From contig NW_013657643.1 in the NCBI RefSeq assembly GCF_000142905.1, positions 293,089-357,088 of the forward strand: a DNA stretch of 64,000 bases. The letters run 5' to 3'. Both the position numbers and the translations under genes were made by a program. The notes beneath the pieces are model-generated. The model ran no database searches. It was not told where the DNA came from and worked only from the letters and a program-made list of their open reading frames with translations. The DNA is from Thecamonas trahens ATCC 50062 (taxonomy: Eukaryota; Protista; Apusomonadida). Each line of letters opens with the position of its first letter. Within the stretch, counting starts at the first letter, position 1. This document shows positions 1 to 11,500 of the stretch, piece after piece.

Positions 1-2084
1 TTCTGGAGGGTGGATGCATGTCGCGGCAGGCATGCCTGGATGCGCTTGGATACAACGCCAGCTCGTCTGTGGGGCTGAGCGTGGACGCGGTGTGGGTGCA
101 TCCCACGAGTGAGTGGCCCGATTGCCCTGTTGTGAGCTCTGTGGCGCCCGCGGTCGGGCCGACGACGGGCGGGGTGGAGCTGACGCTGACGGGGACGCTG
201 TTTGTGGACGCAAACGGACGTCTTACAGGCGCGGGCACACGGTCGAGTGGCGATGTTGGACTCGAGTACCAGTACCAGTGCGTGACGAACGACGTGGACA
301 AGGCAACGAACGGAAGCGTGGTGTCGTCGACAGAAATGGTGTGCGAGCTGCCCGAGTCTGTGAGCGATGGCGATGCGGCATTGCGGGTGATGCTGAATGG
401 GGCGGAGATTGCTGTGGCGTCGACGTCGTTTGGGTACGTGCCGCCACCGGCGCCGATTCCGCCACCGCCGTCCAAGACGACGCAGACGGTGCTGCTGTCA
501 CTGGGCGCGTTCCTGTTTGTGGCGATTGTGGCGGTGGCGATCATTGCGGGCTTGTTGCTGAAGCGGAAGCGCGACATGGAGAAGCTGACGCGGCCACCGG
601 AGATGTCGCCGAGCGAGATCCAGAGCGTGGTGTTTGGGTCTGTGCTCCCGCTGGGCATGGACGGCAAGTCGCTGCTGCCGCTGCTCTCGCGGTTTGTGCA
701 CGAGATTGTGTTTGACTACGAGATGATTGCGCTCCTGGCCGAGGTGACGCCATCGACCGAAGTGGACCGGGTGGCCAAGGCGGCGATCATTGTGTACGAG
801 CACGCCGGGCTGGCACTCGATTTGCTGCTGTACCAGGTCTCCCGCGAGGTGACGACGACGCTGACGCTGCAGACGCTGTTCCGGACCAACTCGATGGCGA
901 CCAAGATGTTCAAGCTATACTCGAAGCTCAAGGGGTTCGAGTATGTGCGGAGCACCCTGGGGCGGCCGATCAACAAGCTGATGCTCGAGGACGATGTGGA
1001 CGTGGACGGCCTGAGGGCGGGCAAGGGCGGCGGAGCGCAGTTCCAGCTGCTCAAGCTGACGCAGACGCTGTTCAACGCGGTGCGCGGGTCGATTCCTGCT
1101 GTACCGACCGAGTTCCGGTACCTGTTCCGTGCAGTGCAGGGCGCGATCCAGGAGCGGTTCCCTGTGCGGGCGGATGAGCTTGCACCGCTGATGGCGGAGG
1201 CGCTGCGCGAGGGGCTGGAGGAGACGTCGACGCTATACGCACACGGGGCGGAGGCATTTGTGCAGATTGCCGGTGTGTCGGACCAGGTGACAAACAACAC
1301 GGCCGAGCTGGCGCAGGTGATTGCGCCGATGGCGGAGAACCTGGCCGAGTACGAGGAGAGCGTGGAGGAGCTTGCGACGCGGCTGCAGCAGATGTCTGAG
1401 CTTGTGGAGAAGCTGTCGGGAGCGACGGATCCGGAGTCGCCGGCAGCACGACGGCTGCTGCTGGACCTGCAGGCGTCGCACAACTCTGTGGGAGTTGGCG
1501 GGTTCTTCTTCCTGCGGTTCCTTGTGCCTGCAATCACGGCGCCCGAGGCATACGGACTGGTGCACGATCCGCCGGATGTGGGCCAGCGCAAGCTTCTTGT
1601 GCTCCTGGGCAAGGCGATCCAGAACCTGTCGAACCAGAAGGAGTTTGGCGGGAAGGAGAAGCACATGGTGCAGATGAACTCGTTCATCACGTCGAACGCA
1701 GAGACGATTGCCAAGCTCCTGGACGATCTGGCGCATGTGCCGATCAACGCGCCGGGACGCGACGAGCTGGAGGCGTCTGTTGTGCCGACGAAGCACCTGG
1801 AGGGAGCACTTGTGTTCCTGTACAAGCACGCAGTGTCGATGCGAGGCAAGATGCTGGCCAAGCTGCAGGAGATCCAGATCGGGTCTGTGGAGCTGTCGGC
1901 CGAGGCTGTGGTGCAGCGTGAGCGTGCGGCCGAGTTGCTCGGTGTGGTGCTCGACGAGATCGAGGCGGCCAAGTCATCGGGCGCGTCAGGCTCACGGCTG
2001 GACTACAACCGGCTTCGCGGGCTGCCGTTCATTACGAGCATGGGCAAGGTTGGTGACAGTCTTGCTGGCAACCCGCAAGGGTGA
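1..2084 (+). CDS. Single-pass receptor RasGAP (PSI-IPT-TM-RasGAP), paralog A; 5'-truncated by the window edge
   Basis: Frame is open from nt 3 (LEGGCMSRQAC, a PSI remnant). IPT/TIG domain (CPVVSSVAPAVGPTTGGVELTLTGTLF...EMVCELP). TM helix VLLSLGAFLFVAIVAVAIIAGLLL followed by KRKR. RasGAP motifs: arginine finger TLFRTNS, FFFLRFLVPAITAPE, KAIQNLSNQKEFGGKEKHMVQMNSFI. Confidence 0.88.
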   Translation, partial: LEGGCMSRQACLDALGYNASSSVGLSVDAVWVHPTSEWPDCPVVSSVAPAVGPTTGGVELTLTGTLFVDANGRLTGAGTRSSGDVGLEYQYQCVTNDVDKATNGSVVSSTEMVCELPESVSDGDAALRVMLNGAEIAVASTSFGYVPPPAPIPPPPSKTTQTVLLSLGAFLFVAIVAVAIIAGLLLKRKRDMEKLTRPPEMSPSEIQSVVFGSVLPLGMDGKSLLPLLSRFVHEIVFDYEMIALLAEVTPSTEVDRVAKAAIIVYEHAGLALDLLLYQVSREVTTTLTLQTLFRTNSMATKMFKLYSKLKGFEYVRSTLGRPINKLMLEDDVDVDGLRAGKGGGAQFQLLKLTQTLFNAVRGSIPAVPTEFRYLFRAVQGAIQERFPVRADELAPLMAEALREGLEETSTLYAHGAEAFVQIAGVSDQVTNNTAELAQVIAPMAENLAEYEESVEELATRLQQMSELVEKLSGATDPESPAARRLLLDLQASHNSVGVGGFFFLRFLVPAITAPEAYGLVHDPPDVGQRKLLVLLGKAIQNLSNQKEFGGKEKHMVQMNSFITSNAETIAKLLDDLAHVPINAPGRDELEASVVPTKHLEGALVFLYKHAVSMRGKMLAKLQEIQIGSVELSAEAVVQRERAAELLGVVLDEIEAAKSSGASGSRLDYNRLRGLPFITSMGKVGDSLAGNPQG

Positions 2085-2771
2085 GCTTGAGGTGGACGCG
2101 CTTTTACAACATAATCGTGGATGCCAAGATTGGTAAATGCTGACAAAGCTGAACGCCGTGGACTGGGGTGTCGTGCGTGAGGGTGGGGGGGCGATCTTAG
2201 TTGTTTTACTTCGGAGCAACACTTCATGTGCTACGTACCGAAGTGATTGGATCCAACCAGAGCACTATGATCAAGCAGACCACCTCCAACCATTGTCCGA
2301 CTCTTGTTCATCTTACCATTTCTACGTCTGCTTCTCTTCCATCGCTTTGCTTTCTTACCCTTTGCAAAAGCGCCACCGCAGTCGTGAACAAGCTCCGATC
2401 CAACTTGCTTGGGTGTTGGCGGGATTATTGATTGTAAAATTTTCCTCCCTCCCCCCCCCCCCCTTTCGCCCAGCCACTCGGAAAGGAACGGGTGGCGACG
2501 TGTGGTGGCGGCGGACAGTGAATGAGGACGAGTGGCGAGGCTGAGAGGCGTTATTTTCTAGCGCGAGGCTACTTGTTGTGGCAAAGAGCCACAATTGCCG
2601 AAGCAAGAGTGATCAACGTCGAGAGACCGACTGAGCGATCAAGAGCGCGAGCGAGCGAGCTGGACCAGGATAAGGAAGGCAAGTAGATAGCGTGAGAGAG
2701 CAAGGGAAGAAAGGGGAAGGAGCAAGGGAGAGGAACATTGGAGTTGCTCATAAGGTACATAATTAACAACT

Positions 2772-5501
2772 ATGTCTGACGCTGAGCTGTGGAGGCTTGT
2801 GGACTCGCGTGCTCCGCTCTCTGCCCTCCTGCGCCACCCGCTCTTCCTCACCAGGGTAAAGTCTGGCTCGCTTCTCATCCTCGCTCTGGTCACCACCTCG
2901 CACTCGCTCTCCACCCTTCTAGACATACTCTTTGGCCCCAATCTCGCGCATGCACATGCTACTACTACTGGACAAGACTCTCTCTGCTCCGCTTCTTTGT
3001 CACATTCTACTACTTTGCATACGCCCGGTGCCAATGGCTCGTCTTGTGACGCGCTCCCTTCGCCCCAACACGTCGATTCTGCAGTCTTCCATGATGATGA
3101 CCTTGATCACCATGACCATGATGCCGGCGGCAACAATGTCGCCAACATAGTCGAGGATGGCAACTCGAGCAGTGACAGCATGGCTGGCTTGTCCGACACA
3201 ACCGACTCGGACGACACGACCAACGCGGCTACCGACAAGACCAACACAACCGACGCGACCGACACGACCACCGACTCGGTTGACATGACCGACACGACCG
3301 ACACGACCACCGACACGACCGACACAACCACAGAGTCGGACGATGCCACAGACGATGGACCGATCGCGGCAGACTACACCCCGATTCCCGACGGAGAGGA
3401 TCATGATGGTGTCGGCATGGCGCTCATTCAGACGGCCCAAGGCCTGCGCGGGCCGCCAGTGCCAAAGGGGCAGGCCGAAGTTGGCCGGCTTGAGCAAGAG
3501 CAGGCGCTGCTGAGCCAGGAGGCTGGGGAGCAGTACGATGCCGAGTTGGCCGAACTGGCAATCGAGGTCTTCCGGTCGCAGGCGCGCCGTGTCGTCACTG
3601 CTATGACTCTCGACCATGTCCGCCGCGTGCTGGAGCGGGTGGCCACGGTGGCACCGGGAGTGTCCAGCACCGCAGCTGCCTGGCTGCTCGAGCCTGACAC
3701 GCAGCTTGCCCACCTGGCTACCATCCTGGAGTTCTTGCTCACCCACTCGCCGCAGCCGGTCATGTCACAGCTCCCGCTGGTTCCAGGCGTTCTTGACGGC
3801 ATCCTCGCCAACATCCACCGGACTGGCATGTTCAACCTCATGCACGCCCTCGTTGTCCACTCGGAGCCCGACGTGCTCTCGTGGCTCTTCTCGGCGGCTG
3901 TTGTCGAGAAGCTCATCGCCAGGCTCAGCCCAGATGCCGCGTCCGGACGTGCCCCGTTGGGCGCTGCCGCACTGCTTACCGCTGCTGATGACGCCACCGC
4001 CACCGCTGCTGCCGCCGCTGACCTTATCATCGCCATCCTCGAGTGGTACCCGCGTGCTGTACTCAAACAGGCAACCACTCCGCTCTTCCCACTTGTCCTT
4101 CCGCTCTTCATCGAGCAAAATCTGGTAGCCATCGTCACTACCCTCGCCGCACTCGCCTCGCCACCGACACAACATGCCTCGTTTGACATCCTCCCCACCG
4201 TTCGCGTCGTCCGCGCCATTCTCTACTTTGTCCACTCGCCGCAATGGCTTCCGTCACCCGGCACTTTGCAGCGACCAGCTACCAAGGCTCACGAGCTTCC
4301 CGATCCCCTGCCGCTGATGGCCACCATTTGTCTCGACACCCTGCCCATCGCCATTCCGCCGCTTGTGGCCCTCCTCGACGTCGCCCCGCCGGCATGGCCA
4401 CTGCCCCATTCGCGACAGCGGCTCGGCTCGCTCCGTATGGCCGTCGCCGAGACGCTCACGCTCTTCACCACGTTTTCAGGCGACGTGCCCGACATCCTCA
4501 CTACCCTTGTCCGCGAGAACGCTCTCCGCCGGATGACCGACCTGTTCTTTGCTTTTCCGTCGGCCAACACCTACAGCTCGGTCTACACCACGCTCGTCTC
4601 CACTTTGCTTGTTGCTGCCTACGTCCATCCCGAGCTGGTGGTCGAGCTCGCCGACTCGGTTGCTCTCCCGGTCCGCCTTGCCGAGCACACGTTGATGACG
4701 CTGCAGGCGCCCGGCCCGCGGCCCAGCAACATGGGCCACATCATCGCCCTCGGGAACGCTATCAAGGACAACGCCCTCCTCGCACCGCTCCTTGCCGACT
4801 CGCCGCCGTGGCTTGCCTTTTACAATGTTTTTCTCGTCCGCGCCAACCGGCGCGCCGACGGCCGCCTCTGCGAAACGCCGCTACTGGCCGTCTCGCCAGC
4901 CTCGCGCAAGGCCCGCAAGCAAGAAGCCAAGGATATGCGCCGCGCCATGCGCGAGTCGCTCGAGCTTGCCCAGCAGCGCAGTCTGGATCAGTCGTCGCCA
5001 TCGTCGTCCAACGACGCCGTGGCCGAACAGCCGCCGCGCCTCCCCTCTTCCCGCCCGGTTCACCTCCCGCGGCTCGCCCTCGTTCCCGACGATGCAGCCC
5101 GCGAAGCGCAGGCCATCGTCGACGAGGCTGGCCCGCGCTTGCGCGGGCCGAGCCTTCTCCGTGGCGTCAGCGACGCCCACTCGTCAAACGGTCCAGGCAC
5201 ACCGCGCCCTACCGACTCGTCTCAGCTGCTCTCGTTTGCTGAGATGCTCTCGGCGCTCGAGACCCCTGCATCCGCGTCGGCCTCGGCCGCAGACGCTGCT
5301 GCAGACTCGAAGGATGGCAACGACGGCGCCGTCTGTGAGCCGGCCGGCCGGCTCAGCAGCGCTCACGAGCCGACGCCGGCACCGGACTCGTCTACCGGCC
5401 TCGACTCGGTGCTCGGTATGATGACCGTTGCCACCGTGCTTCTCGCCGGCGTGGCGACCGCCGTGTGGTGGGCGCGCGCAAGTCGGCCGTTTATCAACTA
5501 A
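2772..5501 (+). CDS. SIT4/PP6-associated (SAPS/PP6R-like) protein with acidic DTT-rich insert and C-terminal hydrophobic helix
   Basis: SAPS-type motifs RLGSLRMAVAETL, DLFFAFPSANTYSS, NMGHIIALGNAI and WLAF. C-terminus ends VLGMMTVATVLLAGVATAVWWARASR. Confidence 0.65.
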   Translation: MSDAELWRLVDSRAPLSALLRHPLFLTRVKSGSLLILALVTTSHSLSTLLDILFGPNLAHAHATTTGQDSLCSASLSHSTTLHTPGANGSSCDALPSPQHVDSAVFHDDDLDHHDHDAGGNNVANIVEDGNSSSDSMAGLSDTTDSDDTTNAATDKTNTTDATDTTTDSVDMTDTTDTTTDTTDTTTESDDATDDGPIAADYTPIPDGEDHDGVGMALIQTAQGLRGPPVPKGQAEVGRLEQEQALLSQEAGEQYDAELAELAIEVFRSQARRVVTAMTLDHVRRVLERVATVAPGVSSTAAAWLLEPDTQLAHLATILEFLLTHSPQPVMSQLPLVPGVLDGILANIHRTGMFNLMHALVVHSEPDVLSWLFSAAVVEKLIARLSPDAASGRAPLGAAALLTAADDATATAAAAADLIIAILEWYPRAVLKQATTPLFPLVLPLFIEQNLVAIVTTLAALASPPTQHASFDILPTVRVVRAILYFVHSPQWLPSPGTLQRPATKAHELPDPLPLMATICLDTLPIAIPPLVALLDVAPPAWPLPHSRQRLGSLRMAVAETLTLFTTFSGDVPDILTTLVRENALRRMTDLFFAFPSANTYSSVYTTLVSTLLVAAYVHPELVVELADSVALPVRLAEHTLMTLQAPGPRPSNMGHIIALGNAIKDNALLAPLLADSPPWLAFYNVFLVRANRRADGRLCETPLLAVSPASRKARKQEAKDMRRAMRESLELAQQRSLDQSSPSSSNDAVAEQPPRLPSSRPVHLPRLALVPDDAAREAQAIVDEAGPRLRGPSLLRGVSDAHSSNGPGTPRPTDSSQLLSFAEMLSALETPASASASAADAAADSKDGNDGAVCEPAGRLSSAHEPTPAPDSSTGLDSVLGMMTVATVLLAGVATAVWWARASRPFIN
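3190..3350 (+). repeat. Coding low-complexity (ACCGACACG)n repeat encoding Asp/Thr (DTT) runs
   Basis: Repeated accgacacgacc units, translating as DTTDSDDTT...TDTTDTTTDTTDTTT. Confidence 0.8.
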
Positions 5502-5514
5502 ATGACGTCTATCG

Positions 5515-8500
5515 TCACAGCTCGACCGCGTCCGAGATCATCGGCGGCGGCTCCTTGACGCCGGCGGGCGTGAGGAGCGCAGCGCTGTCGCTTGGCGGCG
5601 GCGGTGCGAGGCTGACATCGGCCGGCGAGACTGAGCCGTCGTTCGACGAGCTGCTCGAATCGTCGCGGACAATCGGGGTGAGCGTGAGTGTGGCAAGTGC
5701 CACTCCTCCTCCATTGTCGTTGTCGGCACCCAAGTCACCGAGCGGGTCGGTCTCGGGCGCTGTGTAGTCGTCCTGCTGGATGAGCTCGTCAAAGACCTCG
5801 TCAGTGAGCTTGATCATCGACTGCAGCTTGGGCTCCGCTGCCGACGGGCCGGCCTCAGTGGTGTTGAGGTAGTCGGTCGACGTCGAGCCTGCACCAGCGT
5901 TGAGGTACTGCTCGGTCTGGTCGAGGACGAGCTCAAAGACCTTGGCGGCCTGGATCCGCTGCGACATGATAGCTGCTGGCAGCTGCTTGCCGCCGAACGA
6001 GTGGTCATGCAGCCGCGCCACTATCTTGTCGCGGTTGGTGCGGGCGTGCTTGAAGAGCGTGACCACGGCCGACTCGAGGTGGCGCCGCGGGACTGGAGCG
6101 CGATCGAGCTGCGCAATCGGCGTCGACGACGCAGGCACTGTCGAGAGCGTGTCAAACAGCCGCGCCACTGCAGTCTGGTTCTCGAGAATAAAGTCGTTCA
6201 TCTGCACCATGTGCTTCTCCTTGGTGCCAAACTCCTTGCCGTTGGACAGGTTCTGCAGCACCTTGCCGATCATGACCAGGAGCTTGCGCTCTTCGGGCGT
6301 GGGCAGCTCGTGGACCATGTTGAACGCCTCGGGCGCAGTGAGCGCAGGCACGAGGAAGCGAAGGAACATAAAGCCACCGACGGCAATCGAGTTCTGCACC
6401 CGCTGGTGCTCCTCGAGGAACCGTTTCGCCTCCTCCGAGTTGGGATCGAGCGCGCCGCGGAGCTGGTCCACCACATGGTTGACCTTGCGCAGCTGCGACG
6501 TGAGCGATGTGATCGTCGACTCAAAGTTGGCCAGGTTCTCCTGGACCGGTCCAAGAATGGAGCCGAGGACCGACATGTCCGACTGGATGTGCGGCGCGAG
6601 CGCCGCAAGGTCCGAGAAGCAGTTGTTGCCCTCGATGTACGCCTCGGACGTGTCGTCCAGGTGGTCGCGCAGCGAGTCGGCAATGTACAGCCCAAGGTCC
6701 TCCGAAGAGACAGGGAACTTGGACTGCATGCGGAGCCGGACGTGCTGGAAAAGGTGGCGGAACTCGATCGGCACCGCGTCCTGCGTCGCCTGGATGGCGG
6801 CAAAGACGCGCTGGCACCGCTCCAGGAGCGCAAACCGCTCCAACGCGTTGTTGCCCGACGACTTGGTCTTGATGGCATCAACATCGCCCACCCCCTCGAG
6901 CAAAAGCAGGTTCACCTGCCGCCCAATCGATTCGTGCAGGTAGTCGAGGCCCTTCATCTTGGAAAACGTCTTGAACAGCTTGGTGGCAAACGAGTTGGTG
7001 CGGAAGAGCGTCGACTGCGAGAGCGCGAGCGAGACCTCGCGCGAGACCATGTACAGGAGCATCGAGAGCGAGAGCCCGCGCGACTCGTACACCATGTTCA
7101 CAGCCTTGGTGATCTTGTCCATCTCTGTCGCCTGCGTCACGTCACCAATAGTAGCAATGAGCTCGTGGTCCATCACCACAGTCTCCACAAACGACTGCAG
7201 CATGCCGGCCATCTTACGATCGTCGGCCGAGAGCGTCGGCGGTGCGCCAAACATGATCCGCTCCCGGATCTCCGGCGTGAGCACCGGCGGCCGGAGCAGT
7301 GCCTCGCGATCCTTCCGCCGCTTGTACACAAGGCCGAGAATGGCAGCGAGAATGCAGAGCACAACCGCGACAGCACCCACCGCAGAGCCGATGATCATCG
7401 GCGCGTTAGAAGTCGGCGACTTGGGAAAGAGCGCAGGGTCGCCCAAAAAGTTGAAAATGACTCCTGCGGCAGGCACGTACTCGAGCCCGCGCCGCCGGAG
7501 CGAAAGCTCCACCGGCCCGGAGCTGGAAATGCGCGGCGTGACAACCGTGTACTCGGTTGTCGACACAAAGCTCGCGTTGACGCTCACCGAGCCGAAAACC
7601 ACCTCCATGCCCTTGACGTCCACAAAGTGCGTTCCGGTGAGCGTAATCGTCGCCCCGCCGGTCACCAGCCCGTCGGTAGGTGCCACCGCAGAGATCGTCG
7701 GGCACTCGGAGCCGCCCCAGTCGAGCGGCGCCGGGCAGAGGTTACTCGCCGAGCACGTCTGAGTCTCCATGCAGTACCCGCACTCCGGCCGCTCCGCCGT
7801 GTAGCACCCGTCGCACACAGCAACGTCTTCGCAGATGTAGTACTCAAAGTTGACCACGGCGTCAGTGGCAGTGTAGAGCTCAGCACCGGCGTAGAGGCGG
7901 ACCTCGGCAGCTGTGAGCTTGAGCTCTGACGGCGGCGCCACGCACTCAACCTTGGTCGAGGACACAATGGTGGCGTTGACCCGGGTCTTCCGAAGCGTCG
8001 CGGGATTGAAAAACTCACACTCGAGCTTCTCGTCGATCGGGTCGAGCGCAAGCGTCGTCACAAACGGCACCACCGAGCCGCCGGTGTACACGCCGCGCGC
8101 CGGGACACTCGGGTCCTCGCTCAGCGTCGGGCACGCACCAAACTCTGCAGGTGTACATGTCGGACAGATAGCCTGGACCGGGCACGCCTCGGCCTCAGAG
8201 ACACACGTGGACGTCGAGAGACACCATGCGCAAGACGGCGTCGTCCGGCACGACCCACATGACGAGTACTGCGAGCACTCTTGCACCACAAGCGTGGCCG
8301 CCGGCGACGTCTGCGCGACGTACGAGAGCCCACCGTTCTCCGAGTAGCACACCGAGTGCCGTCCATCGTCAATGAGCGTGATGTTGGCGCCAGGAACAAT
8401 GCTCAGGACCCGATCCTCCAGCCGCTTCGACGCGTCGTCGCACGCCATCTGCGCCGCGTCGGCCGCCTCAGCACCAAACCCGAGGTTGACGAGCGAGACG

Positions 8501-11500
8501 TGAGTGAGCGGCGACAGACGCGCGCCGAAAAAGCGGACATCCGAAATGACATTGGCATCGACGTCGCCGACCGAGAGGCCAGTGATAGAGGTCGGCGACG
8601 CGCCATCGACAAACACGGTCCCAGCTGCGGTTGTGATCCAGCTCTGGCCGTCGTCGACCGAAATGCACACGTAGTGGGTGCCGATGTCCGTGACGCCGGC
8701 TTCGAGGGTCTCGGACGCACCCGCGAGGTGGGTGAGTCCAGTGAGCCCATCGCGCCCGGACCGTGCCTCACACAGGCTCGAGTTGTGCGAAAAGCCAAGC
8801 CACGTCGTCGGCGTCGAGACAAAGCCCGCATCGAGGGTAAGGGTCAGCGGCTCAAGGACGTGCGAGAGCCAGAGCTTAGGCAAGATGTCTGTCACGTCGC
8901 TCGCTGCAGCGGCAACGCCAGTGAGCGAGACCAGCGTCTGCTCGACAAAGCCCGAGCTCGGCCCGGTGACCGAGTAGCAGAGCTTGTATGCGCCCGGCGC
9001 CGAAATGCCTCTTGTCATGTTGAGCACCGTGTCCGAGACAGCGGCGCCACCTGCGGCAAGCGAAAACGGCAGGAGGACGTCAAAGCTGCCCGCCGCAGCG
9101 CACGAGCCGGTCGTGATGCCGAGGTACGAGGTCGGAGTGGGGAGCGAGCCGCCGGCATGGGTGAGGGTAAAACCAACAGCACCGACGCCAAGATTCGGCG
9201 GCACAAGCGAGGAAAACGAGTTGGCGGCGGCAACCTCGACCTGGAGCGTGCCGACAGAGGTTTGCTCGACCCAGGTCGTCGAGTCCACCGTGAAGCAGAC
9301 AATGTAGGTGGTGGAGGATCCCGGGGTGGGCGGGACGCCCCATGTCATGGCCGACGCCGGCGAGCTCCACGTCGTCATGTCGATCTGCCCAAAGATGGTA
9401 CCCGAGCAGCTGCCGATGCCAAAGCCAACCTTGACGTTGGCAGAGAGCGGGACAGTGCCGGCAAATGAAAAGGCCGGCATAGTGCCAGCGCCAGTCCGCA
9501 ACGGCGACATGGAGGTGAGCGAGGTCGGGACGGCACGGACGACGGCAACAGATAAGTCGTCGCCCTGTGCCTGCCAGCTCACGCCGTCGTCAACCGAGTA
9601 GCACAGACGGGCGGTCTTGCCGGACTGGGTGAGGCCTGATGCGAGCACGACGGTGCCGGACGGGGTAGGATACGAAGTCGTGCCGTCGAGCGTGGTAGCG
9701 CACGAGGTGGTGTACGAAAAGGCAAACTTGGTGGTCGGCGTCGCCACAAGACCACCGATGGTGAGGACTTCGAGGGCGTCGGCGGCAACAATGCGAGGGG
9801 AGATCGAGGTGAGCGAGGTCGGGGTGGCGACGGTGACCGTGAGAAGCGACGGGTTGGTCTGGAGCACCCAGTTCTCGCTGGCGACACCAAGTGTGACAGT
9901 GTAGCAAAGCGCGTAAGTGGTAGGGCTGACCTCGTCAAAGGCCGAGCCGAGAGCGACGTTCGTGGCCGCAGAGAGGGCGGTGACGGCGGTCCGGTACGAC
10001 GCCTGGTTGCACGCACCCGCCTCGTCCTTGACCGCTGCAGGAATAAAGGCAATGGCAGACTTGGGTGAGACAATTGCGTTGACAAAGTTGATCGCCGGCG
10101 TCGTCCGCGAACCGATGACAGTTGGCGTAAAGCTGGTGATCGACGAGCTGAGCGCCGAGATAACCTCGACGGTCTCGCCCGACGTAGTGTAACTCACGCC
10201 GCCATCTACCGAGTAGCAGACCTGGTACGTGCCATCGATTCCGAGCGCCGGTGCAATGGTCAACTTGGACGAGGCCGTCGAAAAGGCTGAGACCGAGACA
10301 ACATTACCTGCTGTGCTGCAGTCAGGGTCAGCGGTGACACCAAGGAAGGTGTGTGGCGAGAGGAACGGTGTCGAGACGGTCAGCGTCGGCGTCATGGTCG
10401 CAGCAAAAATGGCCGGGGAGACGGCAGTGATGGCATTGGCGTTGGCGGCAACGGCGGTGAGCGTGACGGCGGTCTGTTGCGTCCAAGACGTGCCCGAGTT
10501 GGTCGAGAAGCAGACCTTGTAGGCGCCAGCCGAGGGAAGCCCGGCAGGCAGGACAATAGTCTGCTGCTCAAGAGCCGCAGGCATGGCGACCGTGACCGGA
10601 GGCTCCGAACTGCAGGTGGTGAGTGTAAAGCCAATACGACACGTCCCGCAGCCGATGGCAACAACCGAGCCAGAGCGGGTGAGAACAACCGAAGCAGGCG
10701 CGCCGACACCGACAGCAGCCGGGGCCACTGAGCCAACGACAGCAGCCGAAGCCGCAGGAAGGACAAAGATTTGTGCGGGAACCGCGATCTGGCCAATCCA
10801 CGACGCGGGCGGCGCCGGAGAGGCTGGATCAGTCGAGTAGCACGGCGTGAACACGCCGCCCGACGGGAAGCCGGCCGAGAGCGTGACTACGCCGGGACCG
10901 CCAAGTGCAACGCTGCCAATGCGATCCGAGAGGCACGACGAGCTGGTAAAGGCGATCTTGGCGTTGGGGTCGACCGGCGACGGCGTGCCAATCGTCACCG
11001 TCGTGGCACCGGCCACGGTCACGAGCGGATCGACAGTCTCGATGACGAGCGCGTTGGGGTCGTTGGCAACAGGAATGGAGCCGCCGATGACCTGGTCGGT
11101 AAAGGTGATGCCCGAGTCAGTCGAGACACACAGCGCAACCTCGGTGACGGCTGCATCGAGGACAAGGGTATTGGGGAACGTGACCAAGCTCGAGGGATCG
11201 GTGAGTGGCATGCCGGCGGCCAGATGGCCGGCCACGTCGGCGCACGTGCCCGGCAGCGCAATAGCGACGTGTGTGAGCGACGAAATATGCGGGCCGAGCA
11301 CTTCAAAGCCGGGCTTGGACGCGTTGACCATGGTCTGCGGCGTAAAGCCCGTGATGAGGTTGGCCGACGGGAAGACAACCGTGACTCCCGGCGAGGTCTG
11401 CTGAACAAAGGTCGTCCCATCGTACGAAAAGCAGACGTCGAGCTCGACCTTAGGAGGGCTGACAGGCCAGGCGCCTGGCAGCGTCACGGCGCCGTTGAGC

